Made by a program: the position numbers and the translations under genes. From a virus (lineage: Duplodnaviria > Caudoviricetes): a stretch of 64,000 bases of DNA. The notes under the pieces were generated by a model, which was not told the origin of the DNA, ran no database searches, and saw nothing but the letters and a program-made list of their open reading frames with translations. This document shows positions 41,988-51,603 of this stretch, one piece after another; position 1 is the stretch's first letter, and every line of letters begins with the position of its first letter. The stretch lies in IMG/VR virus record IMGVR_UViG_2660238657_000001, positions 32,001 to 96,000 of that record. One strand, written 5' to 3'.

Positions 41988-43386
41988 CTATAGCCACCTC
42001 TCTTTCTGCTAAAGATTTTTGTAATTTATTAGATATAATTTTATAATCATTTGGCTTCAATATTTTTTTATTCCCAGATACACTTTCTATTTCTTCAATG
42101 CTTAATTTTTCGAAAATATCAAATGCTTTATCTTCCCAATCTTTAAACTTATATAACTTTTTAGCTATATCACAAAATGCAATAAATGTATTTTTTCGAT
42201 AAAATAATTCCTTAGGTTGTAAATTGCTTTTATTAAAATAGTCCTTATAACAATCTATAGCCACATCAAAGAATTTACTTAAATAGCTTCTAATCTCTCT
42301 ATATTCTTTTCTTCCATCTATATCAAAATAATTATTTATAGCAGAACCAAGTGTTAAAACATCGGTATATTGACAATGCTTGGTTAGTTCTATTAAATCG
42401 TTAGCTACTTTACCCTTTAATTCTTTGCTTAATGTTTTTAGTTCTTTTGCCATAGCAACACCTTTATTATCAGGATCACGTCTTTGTAAAGAATTTTCAT
42501 CAATCTTAGTTCCTGAATTTTCTTGGATGATATGGTGTATAGCCTGTTCTTCGTTAAACACAAAGACATTTAGCATATTATATTTATCTGTATTGGGATA
42601 TTCTTCTACGTATATTTCTTGCGCAGATGTTCTATGCTGACCATCTAGTAAATCAACGTAAGAATGTTGTCTACCATCAACTTTGATTTTTAACCAACCA
42701 AAATCACCAACATTCATACCACCATCATCAAACTGCGGATCGTCTCCTTCATTATCTCTAATATTTAAAGTTAGCATATTAGGATTAAATCTATCATTCT
42801 TTAAATCATTATAAATTTTATTTACATTTTCTTGATGTATAGTGATGAATTCATTGATTTGTCCTTTAACCATTTTTTTAGTGGTTTCTCTTTGCGTATT
42901 AGGATTATATATTATTAATCCTCTTTTATAATAATCTACATATTCTACCATAGATATATATGGACATACATAATGATTTTCTGCATTTTTTCTTACATAT
43001 AATTTTATTATGTTATTTTCTTTAGATACTTCTTTTTTATATAAATTAATTGAGTTAATCTCTGTTTCTGTGTAAAAGTTTTCTGGATTTAACTTTTCCA
43101 GATTAGGAATAATTAATATGTTGTTTTTAACATATTCTTTTCCAACTTCATAAATCGCTTTTAAGAAACTACCTAACTCATCTACCTCTTCTAATTTATA
43201 CGTTGGGGTAATTCCTCCAAATAAGCCACTTATTGTTCCTATAGTTATATTCTTATCTTCTAATTGTTCTGCTACATCATATACCATCTTAGGATATAAT
43301 GCATACATTTTAGGTAATTCTTGTTCTAATAATTTATCTATTTCATTTTTGTTTTTACCTAACTCATCTCTACTTCTAATTTTCAT
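41980..43386 (-). CDS. DGQHR/DndB-like ParB-fold protein (SPbeta YopQ-like)
   Basis: YNPNTQR, PNMLTLN, LLDGQHR, QEN. Confidence 0.78.
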   Translation of the reverse strand: MKIRSRDELGKNKNEIDKLLEQELPKMYALYPKMVYDVAEQLEDKNITIGTISGLFGGITPTYKLEEVDELGSFLKAIYEVGKEYVKNNILIIPNLEKLNPENFYTETEINSINLYKKEVSKENNIIKLYVRKNAENHYVCPYISMVEYVDYYKRGLIIYNPNTQRETTKKMVKGQINEFITIHQENVNKIYNDLKNDRFNPNMLTLNIRDNEGDDPQFDDGGMNVGDFGWLKIKVDGRQHSYVDLLDGQHRTSAQEIYVEEYPNTDKYNMLNVFVFNEEQAIHHIIQENSGTKIDENSLQRRDPDNKGVAMAKELKTLSKELKGKVANDLIELTKHCQYTDVLTLGSAINNYFDIDGRKEYREIRSYLSKFFDVAIDCYKDYFNKSNLQPKELFYRKNTFIAFCDIAKKLYKFKDWEDKAFDIFEKLSIEEIESVSGNKKILKPNDYKIISNKLQKSLAEREVAIDG

Positions 43387-43655
43387 CTTTATTCTCCTCC
43401 ATTACATATTATCTATTTTAATCCCTTTAAGATATAATTCATTTTTTATTTTGAATATGTAACTTCTTTTATACCCTCATATTGTTTTTCTTTTCTATAC
43501 ATATTATACCACAAATAGATTAAAAAATAAACATGTTAAGTGAAATTAAAATGAAAATTTTATATTATTTTTTTAATTCTACTTCATACTAATAATTTAC
43601 ATATTATAAGCATTTTAATTCTGCATTTTCTTCACTTATTAAATCTCCTTTTTAT

Positions 43656-43710
43656 CTAGGTAGCTATTCTAATCCAACATATTTTATATTAAATTAGAAT
43701 AACTACCTAG
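43656..43710. terminator. Long inverted repeat downstream of the MazF-like gene
   Basis: CTAGGTAGCTATTCTAAT...ATTAGAATAACTACCTAG. Confidence 0.55.
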
Positions 43711-43823
43711 ATTTTATACAAAAATCATTCTGTCTATACGAGGGGTGTCTATTTTTCTCCACTTCACTCATTTTACTTCCCCCATTTTTATGAAATTTTA
43801 CTCTTTCGTTGTGGTATCTTAAT

Positions 43824-44504
43824 TTAACAACCTACAGCAACCATATTATTCATCATTTCAGGATTGTATAAGTTGATATCTCTACTGTTATATTTATTAA
43901 TTACTTCATAATATTTAACATTATAATCTTCACAGTATTCTTTTAATTCACTATAAAGATACATGTATAATTCAGCGTCTAAGTCTTTAGCCTTGTTTAG
44001 CATTTCTATTTTGTCAAACGCTTTTTTAAAACTGAATCTTTCTGTATTAAAATTTCTTATATTATCTCTTGTACCACATCTTAGATTTTTACCTTGTTGA
44101 ACTTCTAGTCCTTTTTCAACTCTCTCCATTAATTTATCATTGGCTCTACCTAATTTATCTATTAATTTACTTTTATCTATTGTCATCATTTGTTCTGATA
44201 AAACGATACTTCTCTTAGTTAATCCACAATCTCTTAAGTCCTCATATGTAGTAATTTCTGTGTGTTGTGGGTACACTTTATTTATTTTACTACTTATAGG
44301 TAAAATATTTACAATATTAGCGTGTTTGTTATTACCCTCTCCTGAAATTATTATACATGGTCTTAAACCTGTTTGTATATTGCTTCCGAAAACTTCTTTA
44401 GCTTCTTGTGGGATTTCAACCATCCATACGTCTCCTCTTCTTACTTCCATTCTTCTCTGAATTTCTTTTAACGCTTCCATACCTCTTAACATTTTAACAT
44501 TCAC
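43824..44504 (-). CDS. PemK/MazF-family endoribonuclease with C-terminal extension
   Basis: RRGDVWMV...GS.IQTGLRPCIIIS...N......LPISS, EQ..TIDK..L. Confidence 0.88.
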   Translation of the reverse strand: MNVKMLRGMEALKEIQRRMEVRRGDVWMVEIPQEAKEVFGSNIQTGLRPCIIISGEGNNKHANIVNILPISSKINKVYPQHTEITTYEDLRDCGLTKRSIVLSEQMMTIDKSKLIDKLGRANDKLMERVEKGLEVQQGKNLRCGTRDNIRNFNTERFSFKKAFDKIEMLNKAKDLDAELYMYLYSELKEYCEDYNVKYYEVINKYNSRDINLYNPEMMNNMVAVGC

Positions 44505-44524
44505 TCCCCTTAATTATTAACTTA

Positions 44525-44646
44525 ATTTTACCATTTATTTTTAATCTTGTCAACACATATTTTTAATTAATTTTTATTTTGTTATTGATATGTGTTTTCA
44601 TCTCTTAACTTGTTTTAAGTATAACAAATAGAAGTGCGAATGTCAA
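44525..44646 (-). promoter_or_regulatory. Two tandem sigma-A promoters upstream of the MazF-like gene
   Basis: TTGACA-17-TAAAAT (44525-44553) and TTGACA-17-TATACT (44618-44646). Confidence 0.78.
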
Positions 44647-45023
44647 CACTTATTTTAAAATTAATTTAATTAATTTTTATATAGATGTATTTTAAGGGGA
44701 GCTATATAAATATATCTATATAAAGCTATTCTTTTTTACAATTTTAAAATAATCCTAAAGGAGCAAATGTTAATTATATTCTTATATCTTATTTATATTT
44801 TTATATCTTATATTCGTTAAAATTTCATTTCTTATATATGTAATTCATTTTTAGTATTTTCCAAATAAGTATTGAACATATCCTCGTATTGCATTTGTTT
44901 AGCTTTTCTTGTAGCTTTTGTTATTACTTCTTCTTTCTTTAGTAGAAACTGATGTCTTGCCATTTCTTTAATTCTCAAACTAATCGCCATTTTAACTGCC
45001 TCCAATTTTAATTTAATTATTAT

Positions 45024-45941
45024 TTATCTAACGCTGTAGATTTTTTCTCTTAATTCAACCGTCTTAGCTATAAGTCTCTCACTTCTTTGTTTTTCAGACT
45101 CAGCCATCATTTTACAATTATTTTTCTCATCTTTTAATTCATTCACAACACTATGTAAAGTATGCAATTTGTTATGTAACAGCTCTTCTATATCCCCAAA
45201 TAACTTATCTATGTCTTCGTCGTTTAATCCTATTGCCTGTCTCATATTATTTTTAACTTCTTGTCGTTCTTGGTCTTTTAGCTCTACTTTCCCATTGGAA
45301 ACAATCTCACTTAAAGTTTTCATGCACCATTTTTGAAATTGCAATACCAATTGTTTCTTATCTTCTTTTAATCTTTCGTATTGCATTTTCATTAATAATC
45401 CGATGATCCCTTCTTTATTTACACATATCTTATCACCATCTCCCATATTGATATTAAACACCATTCCATTAAATAACTCTTTATTTCTATCTAGCATTTG
45501 ATGAATTGCTTGTCTACTTAATCCTAAAGCATTGTAAATGTTTGACACTGGAATTACTCTACCATACTCAGTGTCTATTACATCAATATCAATATTATTA
45601 AATTTCTTTTGCTGATAATTAAATATATTAATCACATTTTCATAGTCATTAATATTTTTATTAGTAACATCTGTCAACTTTACGTTGTCACATCTGTTAT
45701 CTTTAAAAATATTAATAGTCTCATTGATTTTCCACTTATAAGGAGTCCATTTACCTCTACCTAAATTTTTAGTTTTTTCTATTGTAGTTATATATCCTTG
45801 TTTCTCTAATACATCTAATAATCTTGTTATTCGTGGCGTATTAGTATCCCCATGCAAATTAACCAAATCTTTTTTATGAGCTTCTACTACTTCATTGTTT
45901 GCTAATGCTTTCATAATATTTAACAATTGTTCTTTTTTCAT
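45024..45941 (-). CDS. HTH plus antirepressor-like DNA-binding protein
   Basis: N-terminal wHTH-like segment, central antirepressor-like segment ending FQKW, coiled coil. Confidence 0.55.
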   Translation of the reverse strand: MKKEQLLNIMKALANNEVVEAHKKDLVNLHGDTNTPRITRLLDVLEKQGYITTIEKTKNLGRGKWTPYKWKINETINIFKDNRCDNVKLTDVTNKNINDYENVINIFNYQQKKFNNIDIDVIDTEYGRVIPVSNIYNALGLSRQAIHQMLDRNKELFNGMVFNINMGDGDKICVNKEGIIGLLMKMQYERLKEDKKQLVLQFQKWCMKTLSEIVSNGKVELKDQERQEVKNNMRQAIGLNDEDIDKLFGDIEELLHNKLHTLHSVVNELKDEKNNCKMMAESEKQRSERLIAKTVELREKIYSVR

Positions 45942-46186
45942 TGTTATTCTCCTTTATGTTATTTTGTTTTTATTTATTAATCTGTGCAACAATTAACTCT
46001 TTGTCCTACTTTAACTCTATCTTCTTTATTGGCTTCCTTGTATTTCTTAGCCATCTTTAATATGTAGTTTTCTAACTTATTCTCATTAGTTTTCAATAGA
46101 TTCACCTCCTTTCAAATCCTATATATTCTTTATCTTATGTTTAGATTTAATATGTATATTTTAATTTATTTTTACTTACATATGTA

Positions 46187-47080
46187 TTAGTTCATCAATT
46201 CATTTTTAACTGCATTTAAGCTATTACCTAATTCACACCATATGTTTAATTCGTCAGCAATAACTAAATTATTTGCTTTGTTTTTTAATGTTGCAGATGC
46301 ATAAGCCTTTTTACCCTGTTCTATTCTTTTATTTTGTATCTCAGATTGTCTATGTTTAGCTCTGGAATTTAGATCTATCCCATACATGCCTTTTAATTTA
46401 CCATATGTAAGATTGTAAATTTCGCTTTGTTGTTTACCCGTAGACCTAGCTATCCTATTAATTTCATTTGTAAACTGAACCCTATCTCCTATAACAAACA
46501 TATTATCTAGTTTCTTTTCTTGTTCTATTAATTTGTTACTTACTAATTCCAAATGTTTTTGTTGTTTATATGTAGTTAATTCATTTTCTTTTTGCTTACA
46601 GTTAATAATTAATAGCATATCACTTGGATTAACCTTTAATGCTTGTTGTAAAGAGTATAATCCTAAACTTAATTCCCTTTCCTTATCATCTTCTATTAAT
46701 TTTAACTTTTCTTCTATAGAATCGTATTTACCAGTTTGTTGAACCTTAGTTACTATATCCCACACCTTATCTTCAAATTCATCTGCTTTAGGCATATCAC
46801 TATTTATAATAAGTTTCATTACGCCCTTTTCATTAACAAATGTCTCTCCTGCATTGTTTAATTTTCGGAAGTCCTGTTTTAGGACATCCGAATTTTTGAT
46901 TTTATACTTCTGATTATCCCTAACATTGTCTGCAATTGCTTTACTTCCTCTTGAGTATTCTAGTATATTACCTACTTGTTTTCCATTTAGTAACACTGTA
47001 CCTTCAAACTCAAAACTCACATCCTCTTTTGTTAAAACTTCTAATTCTATTCCCTCAAAAATCATCAAACTGTTTTTCAT
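46187..47080 (-). CDS. BRO-N domain antirepressor-like protein
   Basis: F...V..ILEY, FVNEKGV.KLI..S.MPKA.EF, TGKY. Confidence 0.8.
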   Translation of the reverse strand: MKNSLMIFEGIELEVLTKEDVSFEFEGTVLLNGKQVGNILEYSRGSKAIADNVRDNQKYKIKNSDVLKQDFRKLNNAGETFVNEKGVMKLIINSDMPKADEFEDKVWDIVTKVQQTGKYDSIEEKLKLIEDDKERELSLGLYSLQQALKVNPSDMLLIINCKQKENELTTYKQQKHLELVSNKLIEQEKKLDNMFVIGDRVQFTNEINRIARSTGKQQSEIYNLTYGKLKGMYGIDLNSRAKHRQSEIQNKRIEQGKKAYASATLKNKANNLVIADELNIWCELGNSLNAVKNELMN

Positions 47081-47190
47081 ATACTTCCTCCTTAAATTTT
47101 ATTTTAATTTATTTGTATTTATGCTTTTAGTAAAGGACTGGATTCTATTTATCCTAGTCTCTAATATTTTACCTCCCTTTCATATTTACT

Positions 47191-47219
47191 ATTCTACTAC
47201 TGTTTTCCAATTATGTCAA
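47191..47219 (-). promoter_or_regulatory. Sigma-A promoter
   Basis: TTGACA-17bp-TAGAAT. Confidence 0.7.
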
Positions 47220-47547
47220 TACTAATTTTAAAATATTTTAAATTATTTTAATTTATTTTTATTTATAATAAAAGAAAAATTATATAGAAATGTTCTTTAA
47301 AGCTTCTTGTAGACTATCAAAAAACATATTTATATAATAATTTAATCCATCTTTTTTATGACCATTCTTGTTTTTGGAATTTATATATAATTCTAATATA
47401 ACACTATCATCATCTAAAAAATATTCTTCATAATTAATCAAATTACAACCACCTCTTTGAGCACGTAAGCCAATCACACCAATACCTTCATATTCATTTT
47501 CATCTTTAAATTCAAAATTTATTTGCTCTACCAAATTTTCTTTTGAA

Positions 47548-48955
47548 TAAATCGCCACGCACTCTCGTGACTTTAGTCATGAGTTAGTGGCGACATATAT
47601 TATTAAAAATCAATTAAAAATATAATTGATAATATATAGAATATATGTTAATATATAAATATAAAAGCGATTAAATAATTACAGGAGGTGAAATTGTCAA
47701 TGTTAAAAGCATTTAAATATAGGATTTATCCTAACGACAGCCAAAAGATTCAATTATCTAAAACATTTGGATGTGTTAGATTTATTTATAATTACTATTT
47801 AGCAAAGAAAATTGATTTATACAAAACAGACTGTAAATCTATATCTAAATATGATTGTAATTCACATTGTAATAAAGAATTAAAAAAATCAGAACAATTT
47901 AAATGGCTTAAAGATGTTGATAAATTTGCCTTGACTAATTCAATTTATAGTTTAGATAGTGCATATAAAAAGTTTTTTAAAGAACATTCAGGATTTCCTA
48001 AGTTTAAGAGTAAGAAAATACATAATTATTCTTATACAACTAACTTTACAAATAATAATATACAAGCTGATTTTATGAATAATAAAATTAAATTACCTAA
48101 ATTAAAATGGATTAAATGCAAACTACATAGAAAATTTGAAGGTAAAATTAAATCTGCTACAATAAGCCAAGTGCCTAGTGGTAAATACTTTGTAAGCATA
48201 TTAGTAGATGTAGAAAATATTCAATTTCCTAAGAATAATAACCAAATCGCTTTTGATTTAGGAATTAAAGAATTTTTAATAGATAGTAATAACAATCATA
48301 TAGATAATTCAAAAACTTTATACAAATATGAACAAAAATTAGCTAAGTTGCAAAGACAAATTGCTCATAAAAAAAAAGGTAGTCAAAATTGGATTAAGCA
48401 AAGAATTAAAATAGCTAGATTACATGAGAAAATAACTAATATTAGAAAAGATTTTCTAAATAAATTATCATGTCAGATAACCAATGATTATGGAATAATT
48501 ATTTCAGAAGATTTAAATATTAAAAATATGGTTAAAAATCATCATTTAGCAAAATCAATAAGTGATGTGTCTTGGGGAGAATTCACAAGACAATTGGCTT
48601 ATAAATCAGAATGGAAAGGTAGAATTTATCATAAAATTGATCCTTGGTTTGCTAGTTCTCAACTATGTTCTAATTGTGGATATAAAAATAAAGAAGTAAG
48701 GAAATTATCTGTTAGAGAATGGATATGTTCAGAATGTGGAACCATTCATCAAAGGGATGAAAATGCTAGTAAAAATATTCTTAAGCAAGGATTAAAAGAA
48801 TTAAACTTAGAAATTGCAATATAAAATTTAAATATAACTAGGGTAGGAACTATCCGAAGTAAGACGACTGTGGACATAGTAGGTAACGAGGTGGGCGAAG
48901 CAGTAAATCCTAAAGCAATGAGGGAAGCCTACGACTTTAGTCGTGGGAGGTTCAC
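47548..48955 (+). mobile_element. IS200/IS605-family element, TnpB only (IS1341-type)
   Basis: Subterminal hairpins CTCGTGACTTTAGTCATGAG and CCTACGACTTTAGTCGTGGG; right end TTCAC; inserted after TTGAA. Confidence 0.88.
47688..48824 (+). CDS. tnpB: RNA-guided endonuclease TnpB
   Basis: KAFKYRIYP, FGC.RF.YN, DLG, EDL, SSQLCS.CG, W.C..CG..H.RD.NA. Confidence 0.96.
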   Translation: MKLSMLKAFKYRIYPNDSQKIQLSKTFGCVRFIYNYYLAKKIDLYKTDCKSISKYDCNSHCNKELKKSEQFKWLKDVDKFALTNSIYSLDSAYKKFFKEHSGFPKFKSKKIHNYSYTTNFTNNNIQADFMNNKIKLPKLKWIKCKLHRKFEGKIKSATISQVPSGKYFVSILVDVENIQFPKNNNQIAFDLGIKEFLIDSNNNHIDNSKTLYKYEQKLAKLQRQIAHKKKGSQNWIKQRIKIARLHEKITNIRKDFLNKLSCQITNDYGIIISEDLNIKNMVKNHHLAKSISDVSWGEFTRQLAYKSEWKGRIYHKIDPWFASSQLCSNCGYKNKEVRKLSVREWICSECGTIHQRDENASKNILKQGLKELNLEIAI

Positions 48956-49481
48956 TAATGAATACTAACTATATTATCTTTATATTTTTTTAAACGCCTC
49001 ATGAACGTTTCTATTTGACCTATGTTAAGCAAATGATCCATATTGGTTATATTAATTTTTTTCTTAGTTTTATTAACCCTATTATTAAATCGACTTTGAG
49101 TTTTACTTTCTATTATTATGCCTTTTTTAATTTTTATATCTTTTAATTTTAATTTACTACTCTTATACTGTATATCGTCTAATATATCAGTTAAAATTTG
49201 AATTTTTCTTAATTCTGTAGCTCCATCTAAATTACTAAATTTAATGTTATCAATTGCAAATTCTTTATAATCATTTAAAAATTGTCTCTCTAGCATTCTT
49301 ATAGTATTGTCCTCTTTAGCTGTAACTACATAAGATTCTTTTAAGTCTATTAATCCATTATAAGTTCTCAAATGTTGTTTTATTCTTTCTATGCCTGTTG
49401 CTATTCCTATTTTAATCATTTTTTCTTTATCCATATTTAAAATATATAAAAACATTTTATTATCCCCCTTGATTTTTAAAA

Positions 49482-49613
49482 GTGATTAGAAAGCGTGTAT
49501 TTAATATATTAACACTAATTTATGTGTTTTCTAAGCTCTTTGTTGTCCTATTACACGCTTTTTAATCACCGAATTACAACATTCGTTATCTTAAAACACG
49601 CTTTTTAATCACC
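49482..49613. repeat. Iteron copies downstream of rep (one inverted, two direct)
   Basis: GTGATTAGAAAGCGTGT at 49482; ACACGCTTTTTAATCACC at 49553 and 49596. Confidence 0.8.
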
Positions 49614-50792
49614 AATTTGATTAAAAAACCTTCCATCTAACTTTATACGTTGCTTCAAGCATTTTTTAAAATACTCTTTAGGCTTTACTATATTATCTCT
49701 TTTTAATTGTAAATCCATATATCTTAATAATGCCTGAATATATCTAATTTCTTGTATGTCCAAGTATTCATCTACTTCATCTAATGTGAATCCTAAGTTA
49801 TAAAAGGCATCTCTTATTTCAGAGAACTTATTATATCTGGTGAGTAAAAAGCCAGGCTCTTCATTATCATTAAATACAAAATAAACTAGATCTTTATTTT
49901 TTTCATCATATTTAATTTTCACTATTTCTTTATCATGCAATATCTTTAATGCCTTTTTTATATATCTTTTTCTATACTTTTCTTGGCTTTCTATCATAGG
50001 TATCTTTTCCATAAGCGTATTAATATTTGCCCATGCAAAATTATTACTACCTTTCCATTGAAGAGCTAGATGATATAATTTTCTTGCCATTAAATTCTTT
50101 GTCTTTAAATACAGTCCTTTATCATAAAACAATTTATAATCATTAATCATTTGATTGTAAGTAAATCTACTTAATTTAATTCTAAGTTTATTGTCTACTT
50201 CAACTAATTCATTGTTTTCATTCTCCTCATACTCAATACAACTATGTACAGATTCTAACAAGTGGAATCCTATTTCTTCCTCAATATATTTTTTTTTCTT
50301 TACATCATATATTCCTCCACTGTGCTTACCTGTTATTGTAGTAGATAATAATATTTTTATGGATTTTCTTAAATTATTAAGTACAGAACTATTTGGAGAC
50401 TTATATCCCATCTCTTTAGCTAATTGATATATTGTAAAGTTTATGGTTAAATAGTCATCTGACACGTCCTCTGTTTTCAATTCACATCTTCCATGATCTG
50501 TTTTTTGATTTAAAAACAATCTTTGTAAACTAACTAAAACATCATATTCTCTTAATGTAGGTACTCCAAATTCACCATGTCCTGATACTTCAATTCCTCT
50601 TTTTATTAATTGATTATTCTCTTTCGTATACCAAATATATTCCATTAAAGTTTGTCGATCACCTTTGTATTCAGCAACAAATGGCAATTGTACTGTATTT
50701 CCTTCAACAGCTCCTTCTATTCCTGCATTATATCTAAAAATTTTTGCTTTCTGTTTTTTTATCAAATTATTGTTTCCCAATGAGTTATTCAC
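49605..50792 (-). CDS. Plasmid-type replication initiator protein
   Basis: LPF, G.PT..EYDV..SL, FTIYQLAKEMG, A.KLY; flanked by iterons and DnaA boxes. Confidence 0.8.
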   Translation of the reverse strand: MNNSLGNNNLIKKQKAKIFRYNAGIEGAVEGNTVQLPFVAEYKGDRQTLMEYIWYTKENNQLIKRGIEVSGHGEFGVPTLREYDVLVSLQRLFLNQKTDHGRCELKTEDVSDDYLTINFTIYQLAKEMGYKSPNSSVLNNLRKSIKILLSTTITGKHSGGIYDVKKKKYIEEEIGFHLLESVHSCIEYEENENNELVEVDNKLRIKLSRFTYNQMINDYKLFYDKGLYLKTKNLMARKLYHLALQWKGSNNFAWANINTLMEKIPMIESQEKYRKRYIKKALKILHDKEIVKIKYDEKNKDLVYFVFNDNEEPGFLLTRYNKFSEIRDAFYNLGFTLDEVDEYLDIQEIRYIQALLRYMDLQLKRDNIVKPKEYFKKCLKQRIKLDGRFFNQIGD

Positions 50793-50827
50793 ACCTCCGC
50801 AATAGATATATAGTCACCTTCAGTAAC

Positions 50828-50986
50828 TTATCAACATTATCCACAGGTAAATTTATTCATTAAATTTAGTATACGCTTTTCAATCACCATCGTCAAGCTT
50901 TTCAATCACTATGCACAAGCTATTCACTCACCATTAAAAATTATCCCCAAGCCTTTCGCTCACTAAATATACGCTTTTTAATCACC
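50828..50986. promoter_or_regulatory. Replication origin: DnaA boxes plus five iterons
   Basis: TTATCAACA and TTATCCACA at 50828-50845; GCTTTTYAATCAC-like repeats at 50875, 50897, 50919, 50951, 50973 (22/22/32/22 spacing). Confidence 0.85.
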
Positions 50987-51476
50987 GAACCACTTTATAA
51001 GCTAGTCGTACCAATGCTTGTAGCGATTGTATATACTAATATATTCTTTTAGTATTACATTCTTGTATATATTCAGTTAGAATATACTGTAATACATACT
51101 TGTCCTATATACACTCTTATTAATCACTTTTGTCGTTGTGTTCTACGCATATTCTATATCTTTAATCATATATGCAATTATTAGTTTATTATCAATAATA
51201 TTTTAGCCTTATTTACCCTTAAATTCGATTTTAAATACTAAGATAACCTAAGATACCTAATTATATTTTTAAGAGCTCTTAGGCTAAAATATGGCTTATA
51301 TTTAATACAGAATTTTTTACATAGAGGAAATGGCAAGGTAACTGCCAAGCTTTAGCTTGTGCAGAGGAATCAGAGCATTATTTAACAATTAGATTATATT
51401 TTTAGCCACTATTATTTGCAGAGTTAAAAGTATATTAAACTTATCATTTATTTTAATTATTTTTTAATTTAATATA

Positions 51477-51505
51477 AGTATAACTTTATTATCTAGATTT
51501 GTCAA
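51477..51505 (-). promoter_or_regulatory. Sigma-A promoter upstream of the origin/rep
   Basis: TTGACA-17bp-TATACT. Confidence 0.75.
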
Positions 51506-51603
51506 TGCAATTGTCTTATCAAATTTAATTTATTTTTATATGAAAATAAAACCCTTGTATATTAAGGGTTTTTTAACTCTATAATCAATATAAAATAACA
51601 GTT

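Larger units (their letters stand above)
47280..49455 (-). pseudogene. GIY-YIG-like (T5orf172/Mug113-type) gene split by the IS; pieces 48956-49455 and 47280-47547
   Basis: MFLYIL....MIKIGI..., LE motif; removing the IS restores a 255-aa frame ...VSIHYSKEN... Confidence 0.75.

Noticed and set aside
41980-43386. DndB as part of a phosphorothioation system
   Set aside because: No dndACDE or ssp genes; context matches the SPbeta-type repressor operon
47548-48955. IStron (IS fused to a group I intron)
   Set aside because: No intron core sequence, and the IS is antisense to the interrupted gene
50870-50990. Mini CRISPR array
   Set aside because: The 22-bp period leaves no room for spacers; DnaA boxes and rep indicate iterons
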